From an uncultured Gammaproteobacteria bacterium (GTDB lineage: Bacteria; Patescibacteriota; Patescibacteriia; Magasanikbacterales; UBA922), in the NCBI GenBank assembly GCA_964516055.1, contig CAZEYK010000003.1, positions 1-45,174 of the forward strand: DNA of 45,174 nt, read 5' to 3'. This document shows, in pieces, positions 1 through 8,580 of the stretch. The position numbers were made by a program, and so were the translations under genes. The notes beneath the pieces are model-generated. The model did no database searches. It had not been told where the DNA came from and was given only the letters and a program-made list of their open reading frames with translations. The first letter of the stretch is position 1; each line of letters starts with the position of its first letter.

Positions 1-52
1 GTAACATTCTCATAATTATTCAGTTTTATGTTTTTTTGCAGATAATTATAAT

Positions 53-325
53 TTGGATGCAGATGGAAATGAAAATGTTTGTATATTTACCCGGTTTCCT
101 TCAGGTATGACGTCTTCGGAAAAAGACAGTAGTTGTTTACAATTTTGTAATGGAAACAGTGACATCACTCGTGCATTTGGTGCCGCACGTAATGAGGGGT
201 TAGATGCTCAGGTTGTTATTGAATCAATCAATACATATTCTGATAATGATATTAATAGAGCAATTTCAGATTCGGAAAATATTTGTGGTCCATATATTGA
301 TAAAACTAGGGTATCGAGTCAGTAG
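53..325 (+). CDS. Cys-containing exported-type protein fragment at window edge (start uncertain)
   Basis: Three spaced Cys, co-oriented with the pilin cluster; frame closed by TAA at 2-4, so true start or a frameshift is unclear. Confidence 0.35.
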   Translation: MDADGNENVCIFTRFPSGMTSSEKDSSCLQFCNGNSDITRAFGAARNEGLDAQVVIESINTYSDNDINRAISDSENICGPYIDKTRVSSQ

Positions 326-335
326 TGGAAATTTT

Positions 336-707
336 ATGAATAAATTTTGTGTTCAGCTTTGGATGGTGGTGGTAAGTTCATTTTTTTGTGTTCCTTCTGT
401 TGTGCGGGCAAAGAAAACTATTGCTGATGCGTCTGGAGTTCTTAATCAGTCACTTGTAGGTACTGGCGTTTCTCAGGGTGATATTGCTTCTACGGTAGGA
501 GTAATCATTCAAGGTGTGCTTACTGCTTCGGGTTTAGTTTTCTTTGGGCTTATCTTTTACGGAGGATTTACGTGGCTTTTGGCTCGTGGAAATGAAGAAC
601 ATATTGCAACGGCAAAAAAGACTATTATTGCCGCAGTGATTGGACTTATCGTTGTTGTTTCTTCTTATGCGATTACTAATTTTATTACTTCTCGATTTAC
701 AGGATAA
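336..707 (+). CDS. VirB2/TrbC-like (T4SS-type) pilin 1
   Basis: Signal peptide, two hydrophobic helices, motif GGFTWLLARGNEEHIATAKKTIIAAVIGLIVVVSSYAI; ATG 336 preferred to the track start 204. Confidence 0.8.
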   Translation: MNKFCVQLWMVVVSSFFCVPSVVRAKKTIADASGVLNQSLVGTGVSQGDIASTVGVIIQGVLTASGLVFFGLIFYGGFTWLLARGNEEHIATAKKTIIAAVIGLIVVVSSYAITNFITSRFTG

Positions 708-710
708 CGT

Positions 711-1079
711 ATGAAAAAATATTTTGTTTCTTTCGTCATTATTTGCAGCGTGTTTTTGCCTTCCCTTGTTTTTGGCCAGGGATTAGGAAATGCTGCTGGA
801 AATTTACAGAATACGGCAGGTCGAGCTGGAGTTGGTTCTGGTAATACCGCAGACATTCAAACAATTGTTGGTACAGCAATCAATGCAGCACTTACGTTGG
901 TTGGGCTCGTATTTTTGGTATTAATGGTATATGCCGGATTTTTATGGATGACTGCCCGCGGTGATGAACCAACAGTAGAAAAATCTAAAAAGATTATCAG
1001 TGCGGCAGTTATTGGATTGGTACTGATTATGAGTGCGTATGCAGTTACCTTTTTTATCACTTCTCGCTTTGGCGGCTAG
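711..1079 (+). CDS. VirB2/TrbC-like pilin 2
   Basis: Motif YAGFLWMTARGDEPTVEKSKKIISAAVIGLVLIMSAYAV. Confidence 0.85.
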   Translation: MKKYFVSFVIICSVFLPSLVFGQGLGNAAGNLQNTAGRAGVGSGNTADIQTIVGTAINAALTLVGLVFLVLMVYAGFLWMTARGDEPTVEKSKKIISAAVIGLVLIMSAYAVTFFITSRFGG

Positions 1080-1088
1080 AATATTTTT

Positions 1089-1691
1089 ATGAAAAAACGT
1101 ATTTTATTTTTTGTTGTTTTTGCCTTGGTTGTTTTTGTTCTTCCTGTTTCTGTCCGTGCTATAAATTTGGGTGGAGATCTTGTTACTGGTGCGGCAACTA
1201 AGGCTGGATATTCTAGTCAGACATCAGAAACAACACTTGCAGAAATTATTGGTCAGGTGATTCGTGTAGCATTGTCTTTTGTGGGAATTATTTTTACAGC
1301 GTTGACAGTGTATGCCGGATTTTTATGGATGACTGCTCGTGGAGATGAGTCGATGGTTGATAAGTCAAAGAAAACGTTAACAACGGCTGTTGTTGGTCTT
1401 ATTATTACTCTTGGTTCTTATAGCATTACGGCATTTATTCTTCCTCGAATACTTGAAAGAACAACGGGAGATGGTGGAGCACAGCCTGGTATTGGTGGCC
1501 CTCCAGTTTCATGTTGTGAAGTGTGTATTGTAAATGGTCAGCTCAATCGAGCAGATGCCTGTCATCGTGTGCCAATTTTTTCTTCAAATCAAACATCTGA
1601 TACACAAGCTTGTCAGTTTGAGTGTGTGACAAATCCTGGCGGACAAACGTGTACCTTTTTGGGTGAAATTCCTCGTGGACAGTGTAATTAA
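1089..1691 (+). CDS. VirB2/TrbC-like pilin 3 with Cys-rich C-terminal extension
   Basis: Same pilin motif plus a tail with 8 Cys. Confidence 0.85.
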   Translation: MKKRILFFVVFALVVFVLPVSVRAINLGGDLVTGAATKAGYSSQTSETTLAEIIGQVIRVALSFVGIIFTALTVYAGFLWMTARGDESMVDKSKKTLTTAVVGLIITLGSYSITAFILPRILERTTGDGGAQPGIGGPPVSCCEVCIVNGQLNRADACHRVPIFSSNQTSDTQACQFECVTNPGGQTCTFLGEIPRGQCN

Positions 1692-1701
1692 TTTGTTGTA
1701 T

Positions 1702-2175
1702 ATGTTACGTTTTTTTCTCTTTTTGTTTTTTGTCATGGGGTTGATTGTCCCTCAGGCTTCTTTCGCTCAATCGCTTGAGAGTCAAATTTTGAATCAAGTA
1801 GATATGGGGGCGGTGAATGCACAGCTAAAGGCAGATTATAATCAAGATAGCATAGATCCTCGGCAAGTTATTGCTACCACAATTCAGGTTATTTTAAGTT
1901 TGCTGGGGACGGTATTTTTGGTTTTGGTTGCCTCTGGTGGGTATATTTATCTTACTGCTGGAGGAGATGAATCTCGGGTTACAAAGGCAAAATCAACCAT
2001 TACCAATGGAGTTATTGGTCTTGTGATTGTGCTGGGAGCATATAGTATTACGCTGTTTGTTATCCGTGGGTTTGACACTGCTGTTTCTGATGGTCAACCG
2101 GTCAATCGTTCGGATGTTCAACAAAACCCTGATTTACTTAATGAACGGTTAAACCAAGGAAATTTTTTTCGATAA
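1702..2175 (+). CDS. VirB2/TrbC-like pilin 4
   Basis: Motif GGYIYLTAGGDESRVTKAKSTITNGVIGLVIVLGAYSI; ATG 1702. Confidence 0.85.
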   Translation: MLRFFLFLFFVMGLIVPQASFAQSLESQILNQVDMGAVNAQLKADYNQDSIDPRQVIATTIQVILSLLGTVFLVLVASGGYIYLTAGGDESRVTKAKSTITNGVIGLVIVLGAYSITLFVIRGFDTAVSDGQPVNRSDVQQNPDLLNERLNQGNFFR

Positions 2176-2178
2176 TAT

Positions 2179-2703
2179 ATGACCATGTTTACTCGCGTAA
2201 CAATATGTTTTGCGTTGATTGCGGCATCAGCTGTTTTATTTTTTTCTGCAAAACCGGTGTTTGCTCAAGGAAGTTTGGCTGAAACGATTAATTCTCAATC
2301 AGAGGCATTTGGTGATGAACGAGGAGCAGGATTTGGGCAATTACGTAATCAAAGTGACCCTCGGGCCGTTGCTGCTCGGGCTATTAATGTGCTTCTTGGA
2401 TTGCTTGGCACGTTGTTTGTGGTGTATTTGGTTTATGGTGGAGCACTTATTTTTCTTGCCTCAGGGTCAGAAGATGCTATTAGTAAAGGAAAACAGGTCA
2501 TTACTCGTGCTATTATTGGAATCATTATTATTGCCGCTTCGTATAGTATTACGCTTGCTATCAGTAAGATTGCAGAAGGTGCATCTCTTGGAGAGCCTCA
2601 GAGTGATTGTGTGTATGATGATCAAACAGGCAATTGGTATACGAGGGCATCTATTAATACCAATGATATGGTATTTTGCCCGAACCCACCATCTGGTTTG
2701 TAA
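2179..2703 (+). CDS. VirB2/TrbC-like pilin 5
   Basis: Motif GGALIFLASGSEDAISKGKQVITRAIIGIIIIAASYSI; two-Cys tail. Confidence 0.8.
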   Translation: MTMFTRVTICFALIAASAVLFFSAKPVFAQGSLAETINSQSEAFGDERGAGFGQLRNQSDPRAVAARAINVLLGLLGTLFVVYLVYGGALIFLASGSEDAISKGKQVITRAIIGIIIIAASYSITLAISKIAEGASLGEPQSDCVYDDQTGNWYTRASINTNDMVFCPNPPSGL

Positions 2704-2735
2704 GTAATTTTTTATACATAAAAAGATAACGGGAT

Positions 2736-3821
2736 TTACTCGTTATCTTTTTTTTGTAATATGGTCTGGAGTATTATTTCTCCTGATTTTTGTATTTTTT
2801 TTGTTGTTATTTGAAGTTTCTTTGCTTGTTGGATGAGTTGGGGAAGGTCTGTTATGGATTTGGCAACAAGTCCATAGCCATGTTTTTCTATATATTGTGC
2901 ATTTGCTTCTTCTTGGCCGGGAATAGGGTTTATGGCGATGAGTGGTTTGCCAAGGGTTATACATTCTGTTGTGGTAAGGCCGCCTGGTTTTGAAATAATG
3001 ATGTCTGCTCGTCTCATGTATTGTTCTATGTTGTTTGTCCACCCAATGACGGTGATGTTTGGATTATTTTGTTTTTTCAATTTTTTTTGTAGTTTTTTGT
3101 TTTTTCCTGTTATCGCTGTGATTGTATAGGGGAAGGAAAGCGTTTTGGTGAGTGATTTTACAATTTTTTCTACTTGACCGAGTCCTTGTCCGCCCGACAT
3201 GACAAGAATGTTTGTGTCCGTCTGTTTTTTTTGTGGTGGTATATTTTGATAGAACACTGGATCTATTGGTATGCCAGAAACCGTAATTGTCTGTTTGTCT
3301 ATGCCACGTTCAATCATTTGTGTTTTTATTTGTTCTGTGGGGACAAAATAGTGATCGGTATTGTCGACAAGCCATAATTCATGGAGGCGATAGTCGGTGA
3401 TGACTGTTGATATAGGTGCATTGCAGCTATGTTTTTCTTTTCCTGAAAGATAAATGTCTGTACAGAAAAAATGTGTGGAAATGATATAATTAGGTTGATA
3501 TTCTTGAAGATATTTATGGAGCTTTTTTGTGTTAAAGTTTTTTATTTTTTTACTATATTTATTAGTAATATTTAGGAATGTTGCATTATTGCTGTGTTTG
3601 TATAGGATCCCCCATAGTTCGGGGCTTGTTTTGATAAGTAGGTCGTATGCGTCTACGGTGGCACGTTTGAATGGATTTGATAGATAGTGCAACATATCAA
3701 TGTGTTCTACATTGATATGTGGATATTGTTGGAGGATGGTTTTTTTTATGGCTTCGGCTGCTCGAGTGTGGCCGGATCCTGTTGAAAGGGAAAGGATGAG
3801 GATTTTTTTATTTTTGATCAT
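2736..3821 (-). CDS. MGDG synthase/UgtP-like glycosyltransferase (GT28)
   Basis: GSGHTRAA, TVITDY..H..W, GIPI, KPGGLTTTE, PIPGQEEAN motifs. Confidence 0.9.
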   Translation of the reverse strand: MIKNKKILILSLSTGSGHTRAAEAIKKTILQQYPHINVEHIDMLHYLSNPFKRATVDAYDLLIKTSPELWGILYKHSNNATFLNITNKYSKKIKNFNTKKLHKYLQEYQPNYIISTHFFCTDIYLSGKEKHSCNAPISTVITDYRLHELWLVDNTDHYFVPTEQIKTQMIERGIDKQTITVSGIPIDPVFYQNIPPQKKQTDTNILVMSGGQGLGQVEKIVKSLTKTLSFPYTITAITGKNKKLQKKLKKQNNPNITVIGWTNNIEQYMRRADIIISKPGGLTTTECITLGKPLIAINPIPGQEEANAQYIEKHGYGLVAKSITDLPQLIQQAKKLQITTKKIQKSGEIILQTILQKKDNE

Positions 3822-4031
3822 ATATAGTATATTCTATCTAAAAATGGATAAAAAAAGAAATATATGTCAGAATTTCATAAACAAGATAGAGAATTTTCAT
3901 ATATAGAGTCACCACCTGAAATAGAAAATGGATCAATTGAACATGAATATATTGAATCAATGGTTAGAGAGAGTCATCGTTCAGCATCTTTGGAGGATAT
4001 TTTATTGTTGCGTACTCTTGATAATACCGGG

Positions 4032-4835
4032 TCATGTATTGAATACGGTTACGTCTGAGTTGTTTTCTCCAATTTCTTTTGGTGATAACACTCGTTTTGT
4101 AGCCTGATGCCAAAGGAATTGAAAGAGAATGCGAAAGTTGTGAGCAATGATTGGGTCTTCTATCATGATGGCGATAGCACTTTCTTTTTTGAGCGTGACG
4201 AAGAGTAACGTATTTTTACAAATTTTTATATCCATCTCAAAGGGGAATTCTGTTACTTTAATAGTTCTTGTTTCACGAAGTTCTTTTCTGCTGGTGATAT
4301 TTATTTCGTTTGTGGAGGGAGCGATGACGCGGTTGAATATTTCTCTTGATATCCGTTTTTTTATGAATTTTTTTAAGTAGTCTGAAATAAATTTTCCCAT
4401 TTCTCCTTTGTCTTCGATACTGTCTATTGGTTCGCGAATGTCGAGGAGTTTTTCATAGGCGTTTATAATTCCTTGCTTTCCTTCAAAATATTGTACTCCT
4501 TGTTTGTGGTAACTGAGGTTATACATTGACGTAAGATTTCCGAGAACATCCTGTAGGGTGTTTTTTTGTTGTTCAAGTTCTTGGTGTTGTCTTTGTATGA
4601 TGTCTTCAAGTTTGCTGGGGTGTTTGGCTGTGTAGGTTTTCTTTTTGTCTGTTTCTTTTTTTTCTATGAGATCCCATTCTTCTAGGCTGGTGATGATGTT
4701 ATATAAGTCACCGCGTTTGTAGGGGACGGCATCAAGGATGGTTTGTATTGTTGACGGGCCAATTTTTAGGAGGGTTTGGTATACTTCGGCATCTTTTTCT
4801 GAGAGGCCGAGGTGTTCGAGGGCTTCGAAGTGCAT
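4032..4835 (-). CDS. TrmB-family transcriptional regulator
   Basis: LGLSEKDAEVYQTLL HTH start and YFEGKQGI linker typical of CPR TrmB proteins. Confidence 0.85.
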   Translation of the reverse strand: MHFEALEHLGLSEKDAEVYQTLLKIGPSTIQTILDAVPYKRGDLYNIITSLEEWDLIEKKETDKKKTYTAKHPSKLEDIIQRQHQELEQQKNTLQDVLGNLTSMYNLSYHKQGVQYFEGKQGIINAYEKLLDIREPIDSIEDKGEMGKFISDYLKKFIKKRISREIFNRVIAPSTNEINITSRKELRETRTIKVTEFPFEMDIKICKNTLLFVTLKKESAIAIMIEDPIIAHNFRILFQFLWHQATKRVLSPKEIGENNSDVTVFNT

Positions 4836-4887
4836 AGTAAGAGGGGTTAGTGGTATGATGTAGTAGTGAGTAGTGGGGGGAGTATTG

Positions 4888-4922
4888 TGTCATCCTGAGC
4901 TATCGTTTCGCTCAGGATGACA
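4888..4922. repeat. REP-like palindrome TGTCATCCTGAGC-N9-GCTCAGGATGACA
   Basis: Perfect 13-bp inverted repeat; related copy at 5837-5971. Confidence 0.7.
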
Positions 4923-5144
4923 GATATAGTGCTTATTTTAGCCAAATTTTTGTATTTTGTGTATCTTTTTGGGTGATTTTTTTGTGATGTTCTGACAGTT
5001 TTTTTGGCTAGGTTATGCCTACTATAGCATATTTGTTTTTGTTTGTCAAGATATTTTGACACTAAGATATTATTTTATTATAAAATATATTTTGCTACAT
5101 TAAGCTAAACTTTGTTAAAAATATAAAAATAGTGCCACGTAGCA

Positions 5145-5173
5145 TTGACAAAAGTGACTGAATAGGTTATAAT
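5145..5173 (+). promoter_or_regulatory. Consensus sigma70 promoter
   Basis: TTGACA (5145-5150), 17 bp spacer, TATAAT (5168-5173). Confidence 0.85.
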
Positions 5174-5179
5174 GCGATG

Positions 5180-5382
5180 TTATGATAAAGAAAAGGAAAG
5201 AGAAACGGAAGACCTAAGTAACTTACAAATTATCTATCTGAGGAAGGAGAGAGCCAAGGATAGTATATAGCGCCATAGTTTTACCCGTTGGGTGATCAGC
5301 TAAAAGTTGACACATCCGGTAGGTTTGGAATGAGGCAGACACAAAATATTTATTACAACTCTCTCCACCAAGAGAGTTTTTT
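5180..5382 (+). ncRNA. Candidate ~200-nt small RNA or attenuator leader
   Basis: Bracketed by the consensus promoter and a terminator; only an 11-codon ORF from ATG 5182 inside. Confidence 0.45.
5357..5382 (+). terminator. Intrinsic terminator
   Basis: AACTCTCT-ccacca-AGAGAGTT followed by a T tract. Confidence 0.7.
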
Positions 5383-5516
5383 GTATGGTATTTATACAGT
5401 ATTTATTTTCCTTAGTGTGGTTTAGAAAAAGATGATTATTTGGAAAAGTGTATAAAAAAAGTTCATTAAATAAGAAAAAGCAACACGAAATAGAGATGTT
5501 CTGCTATAGTGGCACA

Positions 5517-5790
5517 TCAATGAGTTGTTTTGAGAAGTAAGGAAGAGTTTTTTCCCTGGAATCGTTTCATGCTTGACGGTGATGATGGGGAATGGAATTC
5601 TTCTCTACTTGTCGGAATAATTCTGACTGGGTATGGAGATTGTAGTTTGATAGGCCGAAAGGTTTTGATAACTCTCTCATGATACCTTTATCTAGATAAT
5701 ACCGAGTGCGTTCCGTTTTCATAGCGTCGAAAGATGAAATGGAAGCTGGGACATTCTGTATTAGGCAGAATAAGTAGTACGTTTTTTACA
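5517..5790 (+). ncRNA. Candidate ~270-nt structured ncRNA
   Basis: Extended -10 TGCTATAGT (5502-5510); long hairpin 5535-5610, hairpin 5611-5627, two GAAA-capped stems. Confidence 0.45.
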
Positions 5791-5836
5791 AGTTATACTT
5801 TTTCAGAATTTGGGAGCAAAGTGTTTGGTAACAAAG

Positions 5837-5971
5837 ATGTTATCCTGAGGAGTCCGGAGGGCGATGTGAGGATTTCGTTGTTAAACGATCCACATGGTTC
5901 ATTGAGATCCCTCGACGCCCCGGCTATTGCCGTGGTTGCTTCCGCCAAAGGCGGACACGGCGGGATGACAT
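5837..5971. repeat. Composite REP-like palindrome containing TCCGCCAAAGGCGGA
   Basis: Ends ATGTTATCCTG / CGGGATGACAT resemble 4888-4922; internal hairpin 5941-5955. Confidence 0.6.
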
Positions 5972-6137
5972 ACTCGTTCTATATACTTTGCTCTCCGGTT
6001 CTGGAAGCTGAGGTTCGTCAATTCCTCAACAATAAAATATTGACTTTCGCGGACGAGAACAACCTTGCCCTGTAAAACATGGGCACTCCTGTCACTGAAA
6101 AGTGAGTCCGCTAGGAGAAGATACGGAGAAAAACAAA

Positions 6138-6473
6138 ATGGCGACCTACAACGTCAACGCCCGCATCGTCACCGTCAACGCCAACTCCGCCACCCTGCTG
6201 AAGATCGGTTTCGCCGACCCGGCCCAGAACGACCAGATCGTGCGTGACGCCGTCGCGGGCCTCGAGGCCTGCGGCGAGCTGAACGGCGAGCTGGTCCTGT
6301 TCAACGGCCCGGCCAGCCTCCCGGTCGCGTGCGCCCTCGCCCACGGCGTGGCGCACAAGTACGGCGCGGTGGCCTGCTTCGACCCGAAGCTCTCGGGGTA
6401 CGTGGTGTGCATCACCCACAACCCCAGCTTCCAGCTCGGGCAGGTCATCCCGGCCTCCGAGGTGACGGAGTAG
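6138..6473 (+). CDS. csx3: Csx3/Crn3-like cyclic oligoadenylate ring nuclease
   Basis: 111 aa with NGPASLPVACALAH and AVACFDPKLSGYVVCITH, matching the Csx3 pattern (G-x-x-P...H...DP[RK]L...V...H); GGAG upstream. Confidence 0.75.
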   Translation: MATYNVNARIVTVNANSATLLKIGFADPAQNDQIVRDAVAGLEACGELNGELVLFNGPASLPVACALAHGVAHKYGAVACFDPKLSGYVVCITHNPSFQLGQVIPASEVTE

Positions 6474-6590
6474 TCGCTCAAACGTGAGCAAACCTCCCCA
6501 GCGTCAAGGGGTACGCTAGATCGGAGGGAAATCAACCCCAACAACGCCCGAACACTCGGGCAACTCGGTAGCAACTGCTGCCAACTGCAT

Positions 6591-6673
6591 CTCGGGTTCG
6601 ATGATGAGACTAGCACTCAACTCATCGTTCCCCTTTAGTTCTTAATCTTTCTTGATTGAGGAGTGAAGGGGAA
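6591..6673 (+). repeat. Two-hairpin TAGCACTC element, copy 1
   Basis: GATGAG-acTAGCACTCaa-CTCATC, then a 20-bp stem 6628-6673. Confidence 0.85.
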
Positions 6674-6702
6674 TTTCCTAAAACTACAAAAAAGGAGGAA
6701 CA

Positions 6703-7284
6703 ATGAAAGTTGTCCTCATGGGCCCACCGCGCAGTGGAAAAAGCTGCTTGCGGCAGGGTCTGAAAGATGCGGTGCGGCGCGTTCCTGGAGCGCCGTATCC
6801 GTTCGTTATCACTGCGTGCCCTGACGGGGAGGGCGCGTGGTTCCAGGAGACGGTGAACGTGGATCCCGAAAAGGCAGCTGAACTGAAGGCTGCTTACAAA
6901 TCCACGTTCACCACTGAATTCGTCCAGCGGGTGGCGGATTCGGTGAAAAATTGTACCCTCCCGCTCACGCTCGTGGATATTGGCGGTATCCCGAGCGAAG
7001 AAAATCGGCGCATTTGCGCCACCGCCACCCATGCCGTCCTCCTCGCGGGCGACATGGGACGTCTGCCCGAGTGGCGTGCATTTTGCGAGGAACTGAACAT
7101 CACTATCCTGGCGGAGGTGTTCAGTGATTATCACGGTCAGGAAGATATTGTCCTCGTTCTCGGCGAGGACAATATCTATCGCGGATCTGTGCACCATCTG
7201 GAGCGCGGTGAAGCGGTGGGAGAGCGCCCCACGATCAAAGCGCTCGCCGAGATCCTCGCGGACATGGCCAACCGCGGGGAGTGA
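6703..7284 (+). CDS. P-loop NTPase of the type found fused to or beside Csx3
   Basis: Walker A GPPRSGKS, ACPDGEGAW, LVDIGG and THAVLL motifs; AAGGAGG RBS. Confidence 0.7.
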   Translation: MKVVLMGPPRSGKSCLRQGLKDAVRRVPGAPYPFVITACPDGEGAWFQETVNVDPEKAAELKAAYKSTFTTEFVQRVADSVKNCTLPLTLVDIGGIPSEENRRICATATHAVLLAGDMGRLPEWRAFCEELNITILAEVFSDYHGQEDIVLVLGEDNIYRGSVHHLERGEAVGERPTIKALAEILADMANRGE

Positions 7285-7790
7285 AACTGGCCAGCATGGA
7301 GGAAACATGCGACTTGTTCTTGAGCGCCACCGGCATAAGGCGTGATGACAAAATACCGGCATATGGCTCCCGTATGAGCTTATCATCGACTCCGACTTGG
7401 ATAATACGGTATCTAAGCGGACGGTTGATCCACGCACGGATTGAGCGCATGACTGATTTCATGCAACACCCTTTGGAGGTACCCAGCCAATGGGCACTCC
7501 GAGCGCCACTCTATAAGGCGCAGACAGCTCTGTATGAGCTCAAATATTATAGAGCGTCGCCGTTACGACGTATCTTGCACCCACTGATTGTTTCGGCAAA
7601 ATGTGGGCAGCTGGTCCCTGGCAGGACTGAGCGGATGACTGAAATCATCCATTGCAGAATAGGAGCAAAGACTTGCTCATTGCAATTGTCAGGCGGGGTT
7701 AATCTTCCTCCCGCCGAAGAAGCTGCAAAATCCTTTTGTGCAGGTAAGAGCAAGAGGTGCGGTTGTCTTGGCCCGCAGAAGCCAGACACA
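7285..7790 (+). ncRNA. ~500-nt densely structured RNA region (3' UTR or ncRNA)
   Basis: More than 12 consecutive hairpins, complementary loops 7370-7375/7404-7409, pseudoknot 7758-7788. Confidence 0.55.
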
Positions 7791-7873
7791 CTCGGGATTC
7801 ATCATCGACATAGCACTCGATCGATGATTCCCCTTGAGTCCTTAATCTGTATTGATTGAGATCTGAAGGGGAA
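7791..7873 (+). repeat. Two-hairpin TAGCACTC element, copy 2
   Basis: ATCATCGA-caTAGCACTCga-TCGATGAT, then stem 7828-7873; 61/83 identical to copy 1 without gaps. Confidence 0.85.
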
Positions 7874-8014
7874 TAACATCCTTTATCTCGTTTGTCTGCA
7901 TTGTTGCAGATAAGGTAACTCATGGTGAGCGAGATAATCTTTTACCATAAGAAAAGAGATAATGGGGAATACCAAGGTAGCTTGGAAATAACCTGTTGTC
8001 TCAAGGAGAAGCAC

Positions 8015-8458
8015 TTGAGTAAAATCAAGGTGCTTCGCGGCCTCCCCGGTGCGGGGAAGAGTACGTTTGTCAAGGGGAATTTCCCCGAGGCAACCGTGCT
8101 CTCCGCCGACGATTATTTCGTCGGTGAGGACGATGTCTACCGGTTCAATCCGGCCGACATCGGACTCGCGCACGGCCGCTGTTTTCGTCTCGTCATCGAG
8201 GCGTTGCAGCGGGGGGATGAGCTGGTAGTGGTGGACAACACCGCTACCACAATTGCCGAGGTTGCTCCGTACATGCTTGCAGCGCAAGCGTACGGATATG
8301 ACGCAGAGATCATTACTTTGCGTTGCGACCCGGCGATTGCCGCCTCCAGGAACATTCATGGTGTTCCGGAGCCTCTGGTCATGAAAATGGCCGAGGCTCT
8401 TGAGGCGGGCTCTCAGGCTTTGATGCCGTGGTGGCAACACTGCGTCGTCGAGGTCTGA
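8015..8458 (+). CDS. AAA_33 / N4BP2-like P-loop kinase (polynucleotide-kinase-like)
   Basis: RGLPGAGKST, SADDYF, VVVDNT, RNIHGVP motifs; TTG start after AAGGAG. Confidence 0.8.
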   Translation: MSKIKVLRGLPGAGKSTFVKGNFPEATVLSADDYFVGEDDVYRFNPADIGLAHGRCFRLVIEALQRGDELVVVDNTATTIAEVAPYMLAAQAYGYDAEIITLRCDPAIAASRNIHGVPEPLVMKMAEALEAGSQALMPWWQHCVVEV

Positions 8459-8580
8459 GATACCCAGGCCGCGATTAACCGTACCGGCGGTAAACCGGGA
8501 CAGACACTTAGGTGTTTGCGTGTTACACGCTAGAGTAGGAAATTCCAAGCGACCTTGGGATGAGACTACAGTAACAACCA

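Noticed and set aside
6030-6075. tmRNA-like tag reading ADENNLAL-stop, with CCACCA at 5365-5370
   Set aside because: No T-arm before the CCA and no tmRNA 5' acceptor strand; the bases are explained by a leader pseudoknot and a terminator loop
5734-6075. 113-aa ORF
   Set aside because: Runs through palindromic repeats and RNA hairpins with no recognisable protein features
7281-7859. 192-aa ORF overlapping the upstream stop (GTGA)
   Set aside because: Codon usage is unlike its neighbours, it has no motifs and it crosses element 2; structured RNA explains the region better, though translation is not excluded
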